Below, one piece after another: positions 6,076 to 14,124 of a stretch of DNA of 17,282 nt; position 1 is the stretch's first letter, and every line of letters starts with the position of its first letter. Source of the DNA: Polyangiales bacterium (GTDB taxonomy: Bacteria; Myxococcota_A; Polyangia; Polyangiales; Houyiibacteriaceae); NCBI GenBank assembly GCA_045106895.1, contig JBGCFM010000253.1, forward strand, positions 1 to 17,282. Reading direction: 5' to 3'. The position numbers and the translations under genes were made by a program. A model generated the notes under the pieces. The model was not told where the DNA came from. It made no database searches and worked only from the letters and a program-made list of their open reading frames with translations.

Positions 6076-9030
6076 TTATTGTCCGAGACGACGCCGCGCG
6101 CCGCGGTGCCGTCGGTTGATGGTGAGCGCGCGCTCCCATTCCGCTCGGGCTTCCGCGCGCTTGCCGTCCGCCTGCAGGGCATCGCCCAAAAGCACGCGGT
6201 TGCCTGCGTTGTTGGCGTTGACGCGGACGAGGCGACGAGCGTAGCGAACCGCGCCTGCGGAGTCGTTCTGCATGATGGCCACGCGGGCGAGCCCCGCGAG
6301 GGCTCGTCCGTTCCGTGGCATCATTCGGAGAACGGTCTGATATCGACGGGCCGCCATGGCGGCGTGGCCTCGGTTTCGGTGGAAATTTCCGCTCTGGAGG
6401 TTCCAGGAGATCCGCTCTGAGCGGCTAGCGTTCGCACCGGGCCCCTCGCCGCTTTCGTCCTCGTCCTCGACGGTCGCATCTTCGACGGTCTCGTCCTCGA
6501 CGTCGTCCTCGACGTCGTCCTCGACGGTCTCGTCCTCGACGGTCTCGTTCGGTACGTTCGTGGGCGGCGTGTCGCTCGTGGTGGGGGTGCCGGCCGGCGC
6601 GACGGCGACGGGGGTTGCGCTTGGTGTGTCGGTGGAGTGTGGAGTCGTGTCGGGCGTCGGGGCCTCGACGACGACTTCTTCGTCACCCTCGCTCATCACC
6701 CAGAACGCAACCCCGGCGATTAATAGCAGGCCGAGCACGATAGCGATCGGAAGCGCGCGTTGGCGGAGTGGTGGTCCCTGAGGGCGTCCCATCGGCAGGG
6801 TTGGTTCACTGATGAGCGGCGGCAGCGAGGCCATCGGCATCGTCGCTTCGCCGGGGAGCGGAGGTCGCGCTTCCTCGACGGCAACGCCCACCGCAGGAAC
6901 GGCCGAAGGCGTGAGCGATGTGGCGGAATCCGAGTGTGGCTCCGGCAATGGAGCCGCAAAAGGGAGGGCGGGTGTGTTTCGCTCTGGGGAGCTCGCTTGG
7001 GGAGGCTCCGAGTCCGGGAGCCGTGCGACAGCTTCGGCGGCAGCGGCCTTTGCAGCAGCAGCCTTCGCAGCGGTCAGAGCCTCGTCGGCCTGTTCCGCGG
7101 CGGCGTCTTCGGCGCGGGCGAGCTCTTCCATCGAGGCCATGCTCGGGGGGGGAGACGTGGGTCGTTCATGCTGTTCGGGATCGACCTCTTCATTGTTGAG
7201 CGCCGAAGCGAGGACGGCGCCGGTTCCCACAAGCGTCTTGTGCCTCGCCTTTCGACGAGGTCGCTGCGCCCGCACCGGGGGAGCTGCGGATTTCCGTGGC
7301 TTCGGTTTGCGAACAAGAGGTGGTGGTGGTGGTGGTGGCGCTTTGGCCTTGCTATGTACCTTGTCGGTGCTCGCTGTGTGGTCCGTGGTGGGCGTATCAT
7401 CCGCTCCTGGCGCACTGCTCGGGCTCAACGCACTTGGCGCGCTCGGCGCGCTGCTCGGTGCCCTAAAAATAGCTCTCGGCTTGATGGGTGGGGGCGGCAG
7501 CGGCACGGCCGCGGTGGCGGCTTTAGCCGCCTGAGTGGGCGGGTGGCTGACCCTGGACTCCGGCGTTACCATGCCGGAGGCTCGGAGCTTACCAAGCACC
7601 GACTCGAGCTCGGCCATCAGCTTCTCTGGCGGCTCGGATACTCGCTTCTTGAAGTCTGACGGCAACACCGATGGGCGAATGGGCGGGGACTCTTGCGCGG
7701 CCGCTTCCAACGCGGCGGCGAGGGGCATAAAAACGTTGGCGCTCGCCGGTGCGTCGCGGCGCTCAATGGTCACGCGACCGCCGCTGATGGCGAGGAGCGC
7801 AGCGAGAGCGACGGGCCCGCCAGCCTTGCTGCTGCTCCCGTCGAAGCGCATCGCATCGGCGCCCGCGACGAGACCCTGGCTGATGGACACGTCGACGTTT
7901 ACTCGCGGATGACGGACGCGAACCAAGAAGGTTCCGCCGGCACGGATGACAGCGCGAAGCAAGCGCGAGGGGCCCAGAGCCTCCAGGCGCATATCGAAGC
8001 TGTCTTCCTCCTTCGCGCGTCGTGTGACCTCTTCGTCCGGAGCTAAGAGGGGCGCAAAGGCGCCTGCGAGGCGGTCCATGCGTGGGGCACGACCTTCGGG
8101 CATGAGTTCGTCGCCGCGGATCACCAAAAGAGAAGCCCAGCGAAGCCGGGGGTCGCTGCGGATTTCCCGCAGAACTTGATAGGCCGGCCCGTCGAGGCCG
8201 CGCTCTTCGACGAGCACCACTTCGGGGTCCAGGTGGTGGGCCCGCGCGACGCCCACGCCGGCGCCGGAGCTCAGGACAACTACCTCGGCTTTGTGGGCAC
8301 GAAGCTCCTGCGCCAGCGCGTCCGCGACGGCGGCATCGTCTTCGACGAGGGCGACCCGCCGACCCGCGAAGATGTCGCGATTACCCTCTTCCGTCGCGTC
8401 GTCGAGGAGGCCGGCGCCAGCACCGTCGTAGTCAAAAGAGAGCGGCTGTGCCGCTTCGACCAAGGGGCGGATACGCGCTACAAAATCGCGGATCGCTTGG
8501 TCGACGTGCCGTCCCTGTCTAAGGACAAAGCGCGCGCCATCGCCGTCTTCCTGGTGCACCGAGAGAATGCCGCTTTCGAGCTCTCGCCGAACGATGTCTA
8601 GAACGTCGCCGACCGTTGCCTCGCCAAACTCACCGACGACGGACGTGCCCTGCTCGGGGAGCTCACGTGCAAAACGCGCGATATCTCGTGCCATGGCATC
8701 TGCGCTGGCGGATCGCTCCACGACGGCGACGCCAGAGCGGGCGGCGCGGAGGCGCGCCGTCAGATTTCCGGCTTCCAAGAGCACGATCACGGGAACGCTC
8801 CGCGTCATGGAGTGCGCTGCCAGAGCGGAGAGGACGTCCTCGGCTCGCTCCGCGGCGTCGCCGACGAGGACAACGACGTCAGGGGCAGCTGCCTGAACCG
8901 CAGCGACCGCTGAGCCCTCGTCAGCGTTCTCCGCGAAAGTAGCATGCCGTCGCAGCGCCTCTTCGAGGGCCGGGCGAAGCGGTTCCCCCTCGCCGAGAAA
9001 CAGCAAGGTGGGCAGGTCATCGCTGAGCAT
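6076..9030 (-). CDS. Single-pass membrane signalling protein: (pseudo-receiver + DUF4388-like) x2, Pro/Ala-rich linker, TM helix, acidic repeat, C-terminal TPR
   Basis: REC-like 1 (LLFLGEGEPLR...AAAPDVVVLVG...VPVIVL). DUF4388-like 1 (GEFGEATVGDVLDIVRRELESGILSV...FVLRQG). REC-like 2 (RVALVEDDAAVADALAQEL...DPEVVLVE...VLREIRSDP). DUF4388-like 2 (RLEALGPSRLLRAV...ISQGLVAGA...ALAALLAISGGRV). TM helix LPIAIVLGLLLIAGVAFWVM. TPR-like helices (ALAGLARVA, LLGDALQADGKRAEARAEWERAL). The start is uncertain: ATG 9030 or GTG 9039, while the ORF is open to 9123. Confidence 0.75.
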   Translation of the reverse strand: MLSDDLPTLLFLGEGEPLRPALEEALRRHATFAENADEGSAVAAVQAAAPDVVVLVGDAAERAEDVLSALAAHSMTRSVPVIVLLEAGNLTARLRAARSGVAVVERSASADAMARDIARFARELPEQGTSVVGEFGEATVGDVLDIVRRELESGILSVHQEDGDGARFVLRQGRHVDQAIRDFVARIRPLVEAAQPLSFDYDGAGAGLLDDATEEGNRDIFAGRRVALVEDDAAVADALAQELRAHKAEVVVLSSGAGVGVARAHHLDPEVVLVEERGLDGPAYQVLREIRSDPRLRWASLLVIRGDELMPEGRAPRMDRLAGAFAPLLAPDEEVTRRAKEEDSFDMRLEALGPSRLLRAVIRAGGTFLVRVRHPRVNVDVSISQGLVAGADAMRFDGSSSKAGGPVALAALLAISGGRVTIERRDAPASANVFMPLAAALEAAAQESPPIRPSVLPSDFKKRVSEPPEKLMAELESVLGKLRASGMVTPESRVSHPPTQAAKAATAAVPLPPPPIKPRAIFRAPSSAPSAPSALSPSSAPGADDTPTTDHTASTDKVHSKAKAPPPPPPPLVRKPKPRKSAAPPVRAQRPRRKARHKTLVGTGAVLASALNNEEVDPEQHERPTSPPPSMASMEELARAEDAAAEQADEALTAAKAAAAKAAAAEAVARLPDSEPPQASSPERNTPALPFAAPLPEPHSDSATSLTPSAVPAVGVAVEEARPPLPGEATMPMASLPPLISEPTLPMGRPQGPPLRQRALPIAIVLGLLLIAGVAFWVMSEGDEEVVVEAPTPDTTPHSTDTPSATPVAVAPAGTPTTSDTPPTNVPNETVEDETVEDDVEDDVEDETVEDATVEDEDESGEGPGANASRSERISWNLQSGNFHRNRGHAAMAARRYQTVLRMMPRNGRALAGLARVAIMQNDSAGAVRYARRLVRVNANNAGNRVLLGDALQADGKRAEARAEWERALTINRRHRGARRRLGQ
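6455..6548 (-). repeat. In-frame coding tandem repeat (15-bp and 12-bp units) encoding ETVED/DVED acidic repeats
   Basis: Plus-strand units TCGACGGTCTCGTCC and TCGACGTCGTCC. The translation is ETVEDETVEDDVEDDVEDETVEDATVEDEDE. Confidence 0.9.
7319..7339 (-). repeat. (GGT)6-GGC trinucleotide tract encoding poly-proline (P7)
   Basis: ggtggtggtggtggtggtggc on the plus strand; the protein reads KAPPPPPPPLV. Confidence 0.85.
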
Positions 9031-9081
9031 GTCGCTCACGATTGGGAGAGTACGAGGGTTGACGTGATTCAGGTACAAAGA

Positions 9082-9097
9082 AGCACAAAACGCTCCC
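9082..9097 (-). promoter_or_regulatory. Candidate sigma-54 (-24/-12) promoter for the REC-DUF4388-TPR gene
   Basis: The minus strand reads gGGAGCGTTTTGTGCT, giving GG-N10-GC with CG at the CACG position and TGCT at -12. It lies about 45-50 nt upstream of the likely start codons. The match to TGGCACG-N4-TTGCW is imperfect. Confidence 0.3.
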
Positions 9098-9188
9098 AAT
9101 TCGCGCATGTTTGTTGGTCGCACTGTTGGTACGACGGTATTCTCGCTAGCGGTGCGGTGCGGAGTTTCAGGCTCGAAGCTAGGTAGTT

Positions 9189-10205
9189 CTAGCCTTGGGA
9201 GAGCGTTTGGCCTTTGCGGGGACGCCAGAGATCGTCGACGAACCAGCCGCGAGAGTCCTCGTAGTGGGCGATGGGCTCGAAGCCAGAGTCACGGGCAAGG
9301 AGCTCCACGTCGCTTCGAAGGTACTTGTAGGAGTACTCCGTCTGCACGGCCTCCCACGGTTTGAAGGTAAAATCTCGCTGCAGCGCTTCGATGTGCACCG
9401 TTTGATGCTCGAGGCTCACAAGGTAGCTCTTCATGGCCCCGGCGAGAACGTCGTAGGTGCCGTAGTGGCGGAACGCGCCCACCTCGAAGTTGGCGCCGAG
9501 CTCACGGTTGATGCGAGTCAAGAGGTTGAGATTGAAAGCCGCTGTGACGCCTTCGTTGTCATTGTAGGCAGCCAGGAGCTTCTCGATGTCCTTTTTGAGG
9601 TCGAAGCCAACGAGGAGCCGGTCTTGGACCCGCAATTGGGACCAGAGTCGGCCCAGGAAGCCTCGCGCTTCGGGCATTGGAAAGTTGCCGATGTTCGACC
9701 CCAAGAAGAGCACAAGATTGGAGCGCTCGCCGCGTTGGGAGGCGAGCCAGCGCAGGCTCGCCGTGTACTCGCCGACGACGCCGGCGACCTTCAGCGTCGG
9801 AAAGAGCGCGCTCATCTTTTTGATGACGCCTTCGATGGCGGCGCTGGAGATATCGATGGGGACGTACACAACGTCAGCTTTCTGCTCGACGAGGGCCGCG
9901 AGGAGGAGCTGTGTCTTCGCTCCATCTCCGGCGCCGAGGTCGACGAGATGAATAGGGCCCTCGATAGCTGTCGCGATGTTGTTCGCTTCGCGCTTCAGGA
10001 TCTCGTGTTCGCAACGCGTGAGGTAGTACTCCTCAAGACCCATGATGGCTTGAAAGAGCCGGCTGCCCTCATCGTCATAGAAGTAGCGTGATGGCAAACG
10101 TTTTGGCGTGGAGGAGAGCCCAACAAGGACCTCGTAGGCGAGCTCGTCGATGCTTCCATCGGACTTATGACCACCGTCGACAACGGTGTAGTTCGTTTCA
10201 CTCAT
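9189..10205 (-). CDS. egtD: L-histidine N(alpha)-methyltransferase EgtD family (Methyltransf_33)
   Basis: GLSSTPKRLPSRYFYDDEGSRLF, EYYLTRCEHEIL, SAM-binding LVDLGAGDGAKT, YVPIDIS, FLGSNIGNF, GFDLKKD, AYNDNEGVTAAFNLNLLTRINREL, TEYSYKY. AGGA lies 8 nt upstream of the ATG. Confidence 0.88.
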   Translation of the reverse strand: MSETNYTVVDGGHKSDGSIDELAYEVLVGLSSTPKRLPSRYFYDDEGSRLFQAIMGLEEYYLTRCEHEILKREANNIATAIEGPIHLVDLGAGDGAKTQLLLAALVEQKADVVYVPIDISSAAIEGVIKKMSALFPTLKVAGVVGEYTASLRWLASQRGERSNLVLFLGSNIGNFPMPEARGFLGRLWSQLRVQDRLLVGFDLKKDIEKLLAAYNDNEGVTAAFNLNLLTRINRELGANFEVGAFRHYGTYDVLAGAMKSYLVSLEHQTVHIEALQRDFTFKPWEAVQTEYSYKYLRSDVELLARDSGFEPIAHYEDSRGWFVDDLWRPRKGQTLSQG

Positions 10206-10269
10206 ACTGTGGTCCTACGGCGCGAGGGCCGATTCGTTAGCTTTGGGCTGCTCAGAGAGCGTGAAGGTT

Positions 10270-10794
10270 CTACTCGGCGGGCAGTTCTCCGGGCCCGTCC
10301 AGGTTCGGGCACGCCCGAGCGATAAAGTCTTGGCGAACGTTCAGCTGCAGGAGCAGGTCGCGCTCGTCGTCGAAGGTGCGTCGCTCCAAGAGGATGTCCG
10401 CCATGTGGTCTTCGGCGACACGGGTGCGCTCTTCTTCGTAGATGCGGGCGCTCGCATCGAGGGCGGCGCTCAGCATACGAGGCGCGTCCGGGCTGAGCGT
10501 GCGGAGACTCGCGACGACGGCGTCGACCTGATCCAACGAGACACCGCCTTCCCCAAAGGAGAGCAATCGTTCGGCGTCGCGCAGCGCGTCGTAGGCGGTG
10601 CAGAAAGAGGGCGGAAGTGGGTCGATGCCTTCGACGTCGATGGCTGGACCGCGCCGTCGCGTCGCTCCGGGGTCTGGTACTTCGTCTTCCGTGACGACGG
10701 GTGCTTCGTCCGGGGGAGCGGGTTCGCTCACCTCTTCTTCACCACCACACGCAACACAGCCGACGGCGAGGAGCGCACAAAAAACTCTCTTCAT
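10270..10794 (-). CDS. Hypothetical lipoprotein (about 174 aa), probably helical
   Basis: ATG 10794 (GGAG upstream) gives MKRVFCALLAVGCVA-C-GGEEE, a type II signal peptide. An acidic Pro-rich linker follows, then a domain with two Cys (SFCTA, RACPN). The ORF-track start at 10845 is probably too early. Confidence 0.7.
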   Translation of the reverse strand: MKRVFCALLAVGCVACGGEEEVSEPAPPDEAPVVTEDEVPDPGATRRRGPAIDVEGIDPLPPSFCTAYDALRDAERLLSFGEGGVSLDQVDAVVASLRTLSPDAPRMLSAALDASARIYEEERTRVAEDHMADILLERRTFDDERDLLLQLNVRQDFIARACPNLDGPGELPAE

Positions 10795-10857
10795 GGGGCC
10801 ATCTTCTCCGGCGGGTGCTCTCTTCGTCAAACGCTCTCCCATCACTCGCTCTTTCGC

Positions 10858-13851
10858 CTACGCCAAGAGAGGACGAAGGAACTCCGCCGTGTGCGACTTC
10901 TTCGACTTCGCCACCGTCTCCGGTGTGCCTTCCGCCACGACGCTTCCGCCGAGCTCGCCGCCTTCGGGTCCCATGTCCACGATCCAGTCGGTACTCTTCA
11001 CGACATCCAGGTTGTGCTCGATGACGAGCACCGTGTTTCCCTGGTCCACCAAGCGCTGAAGCACACCGACGAGCTTTCGCACGTCTTCAAAATGTAGCCC
11101 CGTCGTCGGCTCATCGAGAATGTAGAGCGTGTGGTCCTGCTTGCCGCGCAGCGTCTCGCCTTTGCCGAGCTCCGCGGCGAGTTTCACGCGCTGGGCTTCT
11201 CCGCCGCTGAGCGTCGTCGATGGTTGGCCCAACGTCAGGTACGGAAGCCCGACGTCCACGAGGCACTTGGCGAAGCGGTGGATCTTCGGATGGTTCGCGT
11301 AGAACTCCGCCGCCTCTTCGCAGGTCATCTCAAGGATCTCGGCGATGTTCTTCCCGCGATAGCGAATGTCCATCGTCTCGCGGTTGTAGCGCGCGCCGGT
11401 GCAGACTTCGCACTCCACGTGAATGTCCGGCAAGAAGTGCATCTCGATCTTCTTCGTGCCCTGACCTGCACATGCCTCGCAGCGTCCGCCTTTGACGTTG
11501 AAGCTGAAGCGCCCCGGCAGATAGCCGCGCGCTTTGGACTCGTTCGTCTGGGCCATGATGTTCCGGATCTCCGTGAACATGCCCGTGTAGGTCGCGGGGT
11601 TACTGCGCGAGGTGCGTCCGATGGGCGACTGGTCCACCTCGATGATGCGGTCGACGCGCTTGAGCCCGTTGACACGCGTGTGGGCGCCGGGCTTGGCGCG
11701 TGACCCGTGGAGGTCGCGTTTTACGGCGCGCAGGAGGATGTCGTTAACCAGCGTCGACTTGCCGCTGCCGCTGACACCCGTGACGGCAAGGAGGCCGCCG
11801 AGGGGAAACGTCACGTCGACGTTCTTGAGGTTGTGCTGCTTGGCGCCTTTGACGACGAGGCTGTTCTTCTTGTCGAGCTTGCGTCGCTTCTCCGGCACCT
11901 CGACCTCGAGTTTGCCGTTGAGGTACTTGCCCGTCAGCGAAGCCTTCACTTTGCCAATCTGCGCGATGGTGCCCTCCGCGATGACCTCTCCGCCGTGAAC
12001 GCCGGGACCCGGGCCAATGTCGAGGATGTGGTCCGCGGCGCGAATCATCTCCTCGTCGTGCTCCACGACGATGACCGTGTTGCCGATGTCCGCCAGGTGG
12101 CGGAGCGTGCGAATCAGACGCGCATTGTCCCGCGGGTGCAGTCCAATCGTTGGCTCGTCCAATACGTAGGCCGTGCCGACGATGCCGGAGCCGACCTGCG
12201 TGGCCAAACGAATGCGCTGTGCTTCGCCGCCACTCAAGGTACTCGTGCGTCGACTCAGCGAGAGGTACCCAAGGCCCACGGACTTGAGAAACCCAAGGCG
12301 CGCGTTCACCTCGCGCACGATGGGTCCGGCGATGGCTTCTTTCTCTTTGCTGAGCTTCACTCCCTCGAGGACCGCACAGGCGGTCTCGATGTCGAGGCGC
12401 GTGAAGTCGCTCAGGTTGAAACGTTTCCCGTCGCCGCTGAGTCCGAGGCGCTTTCGCTCGTCGAGGACATCCTTCGGAAGCGCGACCTTGCTATCGAGGT
12501 AGACGCTGAGGGCGCGCACGTTGAGACGGTTGCCAAGGCAGTCCGGACACTCTTGCTCCGCCTGGAAGTCCTGAAGGAAGTCTTTGACCCACTTCGACTC
12601 CGTGCGAACGAACCAGCCTTGAAGGTGCGGGATGACACCTTCCCACTCGCCGCCGTACTTTTCTTCCTGTGCGTCGGATGTGCCGTAGAGAAGGATCTGC
12701 ATCATCTCTTGGGAGAGGCTGCCCATCTTCGTCGAGGGCTTCACATCGAAGCGCCGGCAGAAGCGGCGAACCAAGCGCCCGGAGAACATCCCCGCGGGCC
12801 CCGCCTTTTTCCACGGCGCGATGCCGCCTTTGACGAGCTGCTTGTCCATGTCCGGAACCACCAGCTCGGGGTCGTACTCGAGGAGCACGCCGAGGCCGTG
12901 GCACGCCGCGCAGGCGCCTTGGGGCGAGTTGAAGGAGAAGAGCCGCGGCTCGATCTCATCCAGGGCATGGTCCGGGTGCGTCGCGCAGGCGTAGCGCTCG
13001 GAATAGACTGTGTCCGTAGCCTTCTTTCCGTCGATAATGCTGATGACGACGATGCCGTCGGCGGTCCGGAGGGCCGTTTCAATGGAGTCCGCGAGGCGTC
13101 CACGGCTCTTCTCTTTGACCGTCAGGCGGTCGACGACGGCGTCGACGTCGTGCTTCTCGTAGCGACCGAGGTTGAGCGGGTTTTCGCCTTCGTCCTTGAG
13201 GACCTCGGAGATCTCCACGGTCTCGCCATTCACGCGCGCGCGAACATATCCGTCCTTCGCCAAGTCTTCGAGGACCTCACGGTGGAAGCCCTTCTTCTGC
13301 CGAATGACCGGCGCGAGGACAATGAGCTTCGTGCCTTCCGGAAGCTGCGTCACGGACTCCGTGATCTGACTCGAGTTCGACGCGCGAATCGGCTCTTCGC
13401 ATCGCGAGACGATGGTGCCGTCGCGCTTCTTCTTCGTTGTGGCCCAACACACCGGTGACCCGGTGCGCGCAAAGAGAAGACGCAGGTAGTCGTAGATCTC
13501 CGTCGACGTCGCCACGGTGGAGCGCGGGTTGTGTCCACTGCTGCGCTGCTCGATGGCGATGGTGGGAGGCAGCCCTTCGATGCTCTCGACGTCCGGCTTC
13601 TTCTGCTGGTCCAAGAACTGCCGCGCGTAAGCGGACAGGGACTCCATGTACTTGCGCTGTCCTTCGGCGAAGATGGTGTCAAAGGCGAGGGACGATTTGC
13701 CGGAGCCGGAGAGCCCCGTCACGACGACGAGGCGGTCCCGCGGAATGTCTACGTCGACGGCCTTGAGGTTGTGCTCACGCGCGCCGCGCACCCGAATCTC
13801 GCGGATGGGTTCAAAACGCTGACGACCGATTTTCTTGTAGTTCGAAGCCAT
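10858..13851 (-). CDS. uvrA: Excinuclease ABC subunit UvrA (about 997 aa)
   Basis: [12 protein letters not shown], Walker [15 protein letters not shown] and GVSGSGKST, two LSGGEAQR signatures, LDEPT Walker B x2, [26 protein letters not shown], and Zn pairs CPDC and CEVC. The start is probably ATG 13851 (MASNYKK); in-frame alternatives exist up to 13899. Confidence 0.98.
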   Translation of the reverse strand: MASNYKKIGRQRFEPIREIRVRGAREHNLKAVDVDIPRDRLVVVTGLSGSGKSSLAFDTIFAEGQRKYMESLSAYARQFLDQQKKPDVESIEGLPPTIAIEQRSSGHNPRSTVATSTEIYDYLRLLFARTGSPVCWATTKKKRDGTIVSRCEEPIRASNSSQITESVTQLPEGTKLIVLAPVIRQKKGFHREVLEDLAKDGYVRARVNGETVEISEVLKDEGENPLNLGRYEKHDVDAVVDRLTVKEKSRGRLADSIETALRTADGIVVISIIDGKKATDTVYSERYACATHPDHALDEIEPRLFSFNSPQGACAACHGLGVLLEYDPELVVPDMDKQLVKGGIAPWKKAGPAGMFSGRLVRRFCRRFDVKPSTKMGSLSQEMMQILLYGTSDAQEEKYGGEWEGVIPHLQGWFVRTESKWVKDFLQDFQAEQECPDCLGNRLNVRALSVYLDSKVALPKDVLDERKRLGLSGDGKRFNLSDFTRLDIETACAVLEGVKLSKEKEAIAGPIVREVNARLGFLKSVGLGYLSLSRRTSTLSGGEAQRIRLATQVGSGIVGTAYVLDEPTIGLHPRDNARLIRTLRHLADIGNTVIVVEHDEEMIRAADHILDIGPGPGVHGGEVIAEGTIAQIGKVKASLTGKYLNGKLEVEVPEKRRKLDKKNSLVVKGAKQHNLKNVDVTFPLGGLLAVTGVSGSGKSTLVNDILLRAVKRDLHGSRAKPGAHTRVNGLKRVDRIIEVDQSPIGRTSRSNPATYTGMFTEIRNIMAQTNESKARGYLPGRFSFNVKGGRCEACAGQGTKKIEMHFLPDIHVECEVCTGARYNRETMDIRYRGKNIAEILEMTCEEAAEFYANHPKIHRFAKCLVDVGLPYLTLGQPSTTLSGGEAQRVKLAAELGKGETLRGKQDHTLYILDEPTTGLHFEDVRKLVGVLQRLVDQGNTVLVIEHNLDVVKSTDWIVDMGPEGGELGGSVVAEGTPETVAKSKKSHTAEFLRPLLA

Positions 13852-13900
13852 GGACCGGCGGAGCATAGGGCCTAGGTGGGACATGGGTAGGGGTTCCAAC

Positions 13901-13920
13901 TACTGAACATAAAAATAGTA
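13901..13920. promoter_or_regulatory. Candidate LexA (SOS) box upstream of uvrA
   Basis: TACTGAACATAAAAATAGTA is a near-palindrome with core CTG-N10-TAG. The minus strand reads CTA-N7-GTTCAG, matching both ends of the Myxococcus xanthus LexA consensus CTRHAMRYBYGTTCAGS, though the spacer matches poorly. It overlaps a TATACT -10 element. Confidence 0.65.
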
Positions 13921-13982
13921 TACATTCGCAGTTTCAAACTCCACAGTCTGACATTATACGCGACCAGGGCGCGAAGTGACGA
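13917..13982 (-). promoter_or_regulatory. Candidate tandem sigma-70-type promoters of uvrA
   Basis: Minus-strand TATACT at 13922-13917 has no good -35. A perfect TATAAT at 13958-13953 has TCGTCA 18 nt upstream. Both sit in an AT-rich island within GC-rich DNA. Confidence 0.5.
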
Positions 13983-14124
13983 AGTCGGCTTTTGTGTCGA
14001 ACAATATTGCCGCCCGTGGCTTCTTTGTGCGAATTTTGTGCCGTTGTGGACTCGGGCACGCTCCAGGTGTGCGTCACACCCCAGGTCCTGGTCCGGTGCC
14101 GCTTCGTTCGCGTCGGGCGAGTGG

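Noticed and set aside
6455..6548. Repeat array as a possible CRISPR or iteron cluster
   Set aside because: The units abut without unique spacers, are 12-15 bp, are in frame within a CDS, and no cas or rep gene is present.
11707..13458. 583-aa plus-strand ORF, and others at 9195-10091, 10243-11097, 6760-7659 and 16060-16992
   Set aside because: Antisense shadows of uvrA, egtD and other well-supported minus-strand genes.
14017..14030. Sigma-54-like TGGC...TGC on the plus strand
   Set aside because: GG-to-GC spacing is 9 rather than the required 10 nt, and no credible plus-strand gene lies downstream.
9075..14041. Shared GCTTCTTTGT and TTTTGTGC words in two intergenic regions (9075-9090 minus; 14019-14041 plus)
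   Set aside because: The words are short, in swapped order, and in opposite orientation relative to the downstream genes. They cannot be distinguished from chance in AT-richer intergenic DNA.
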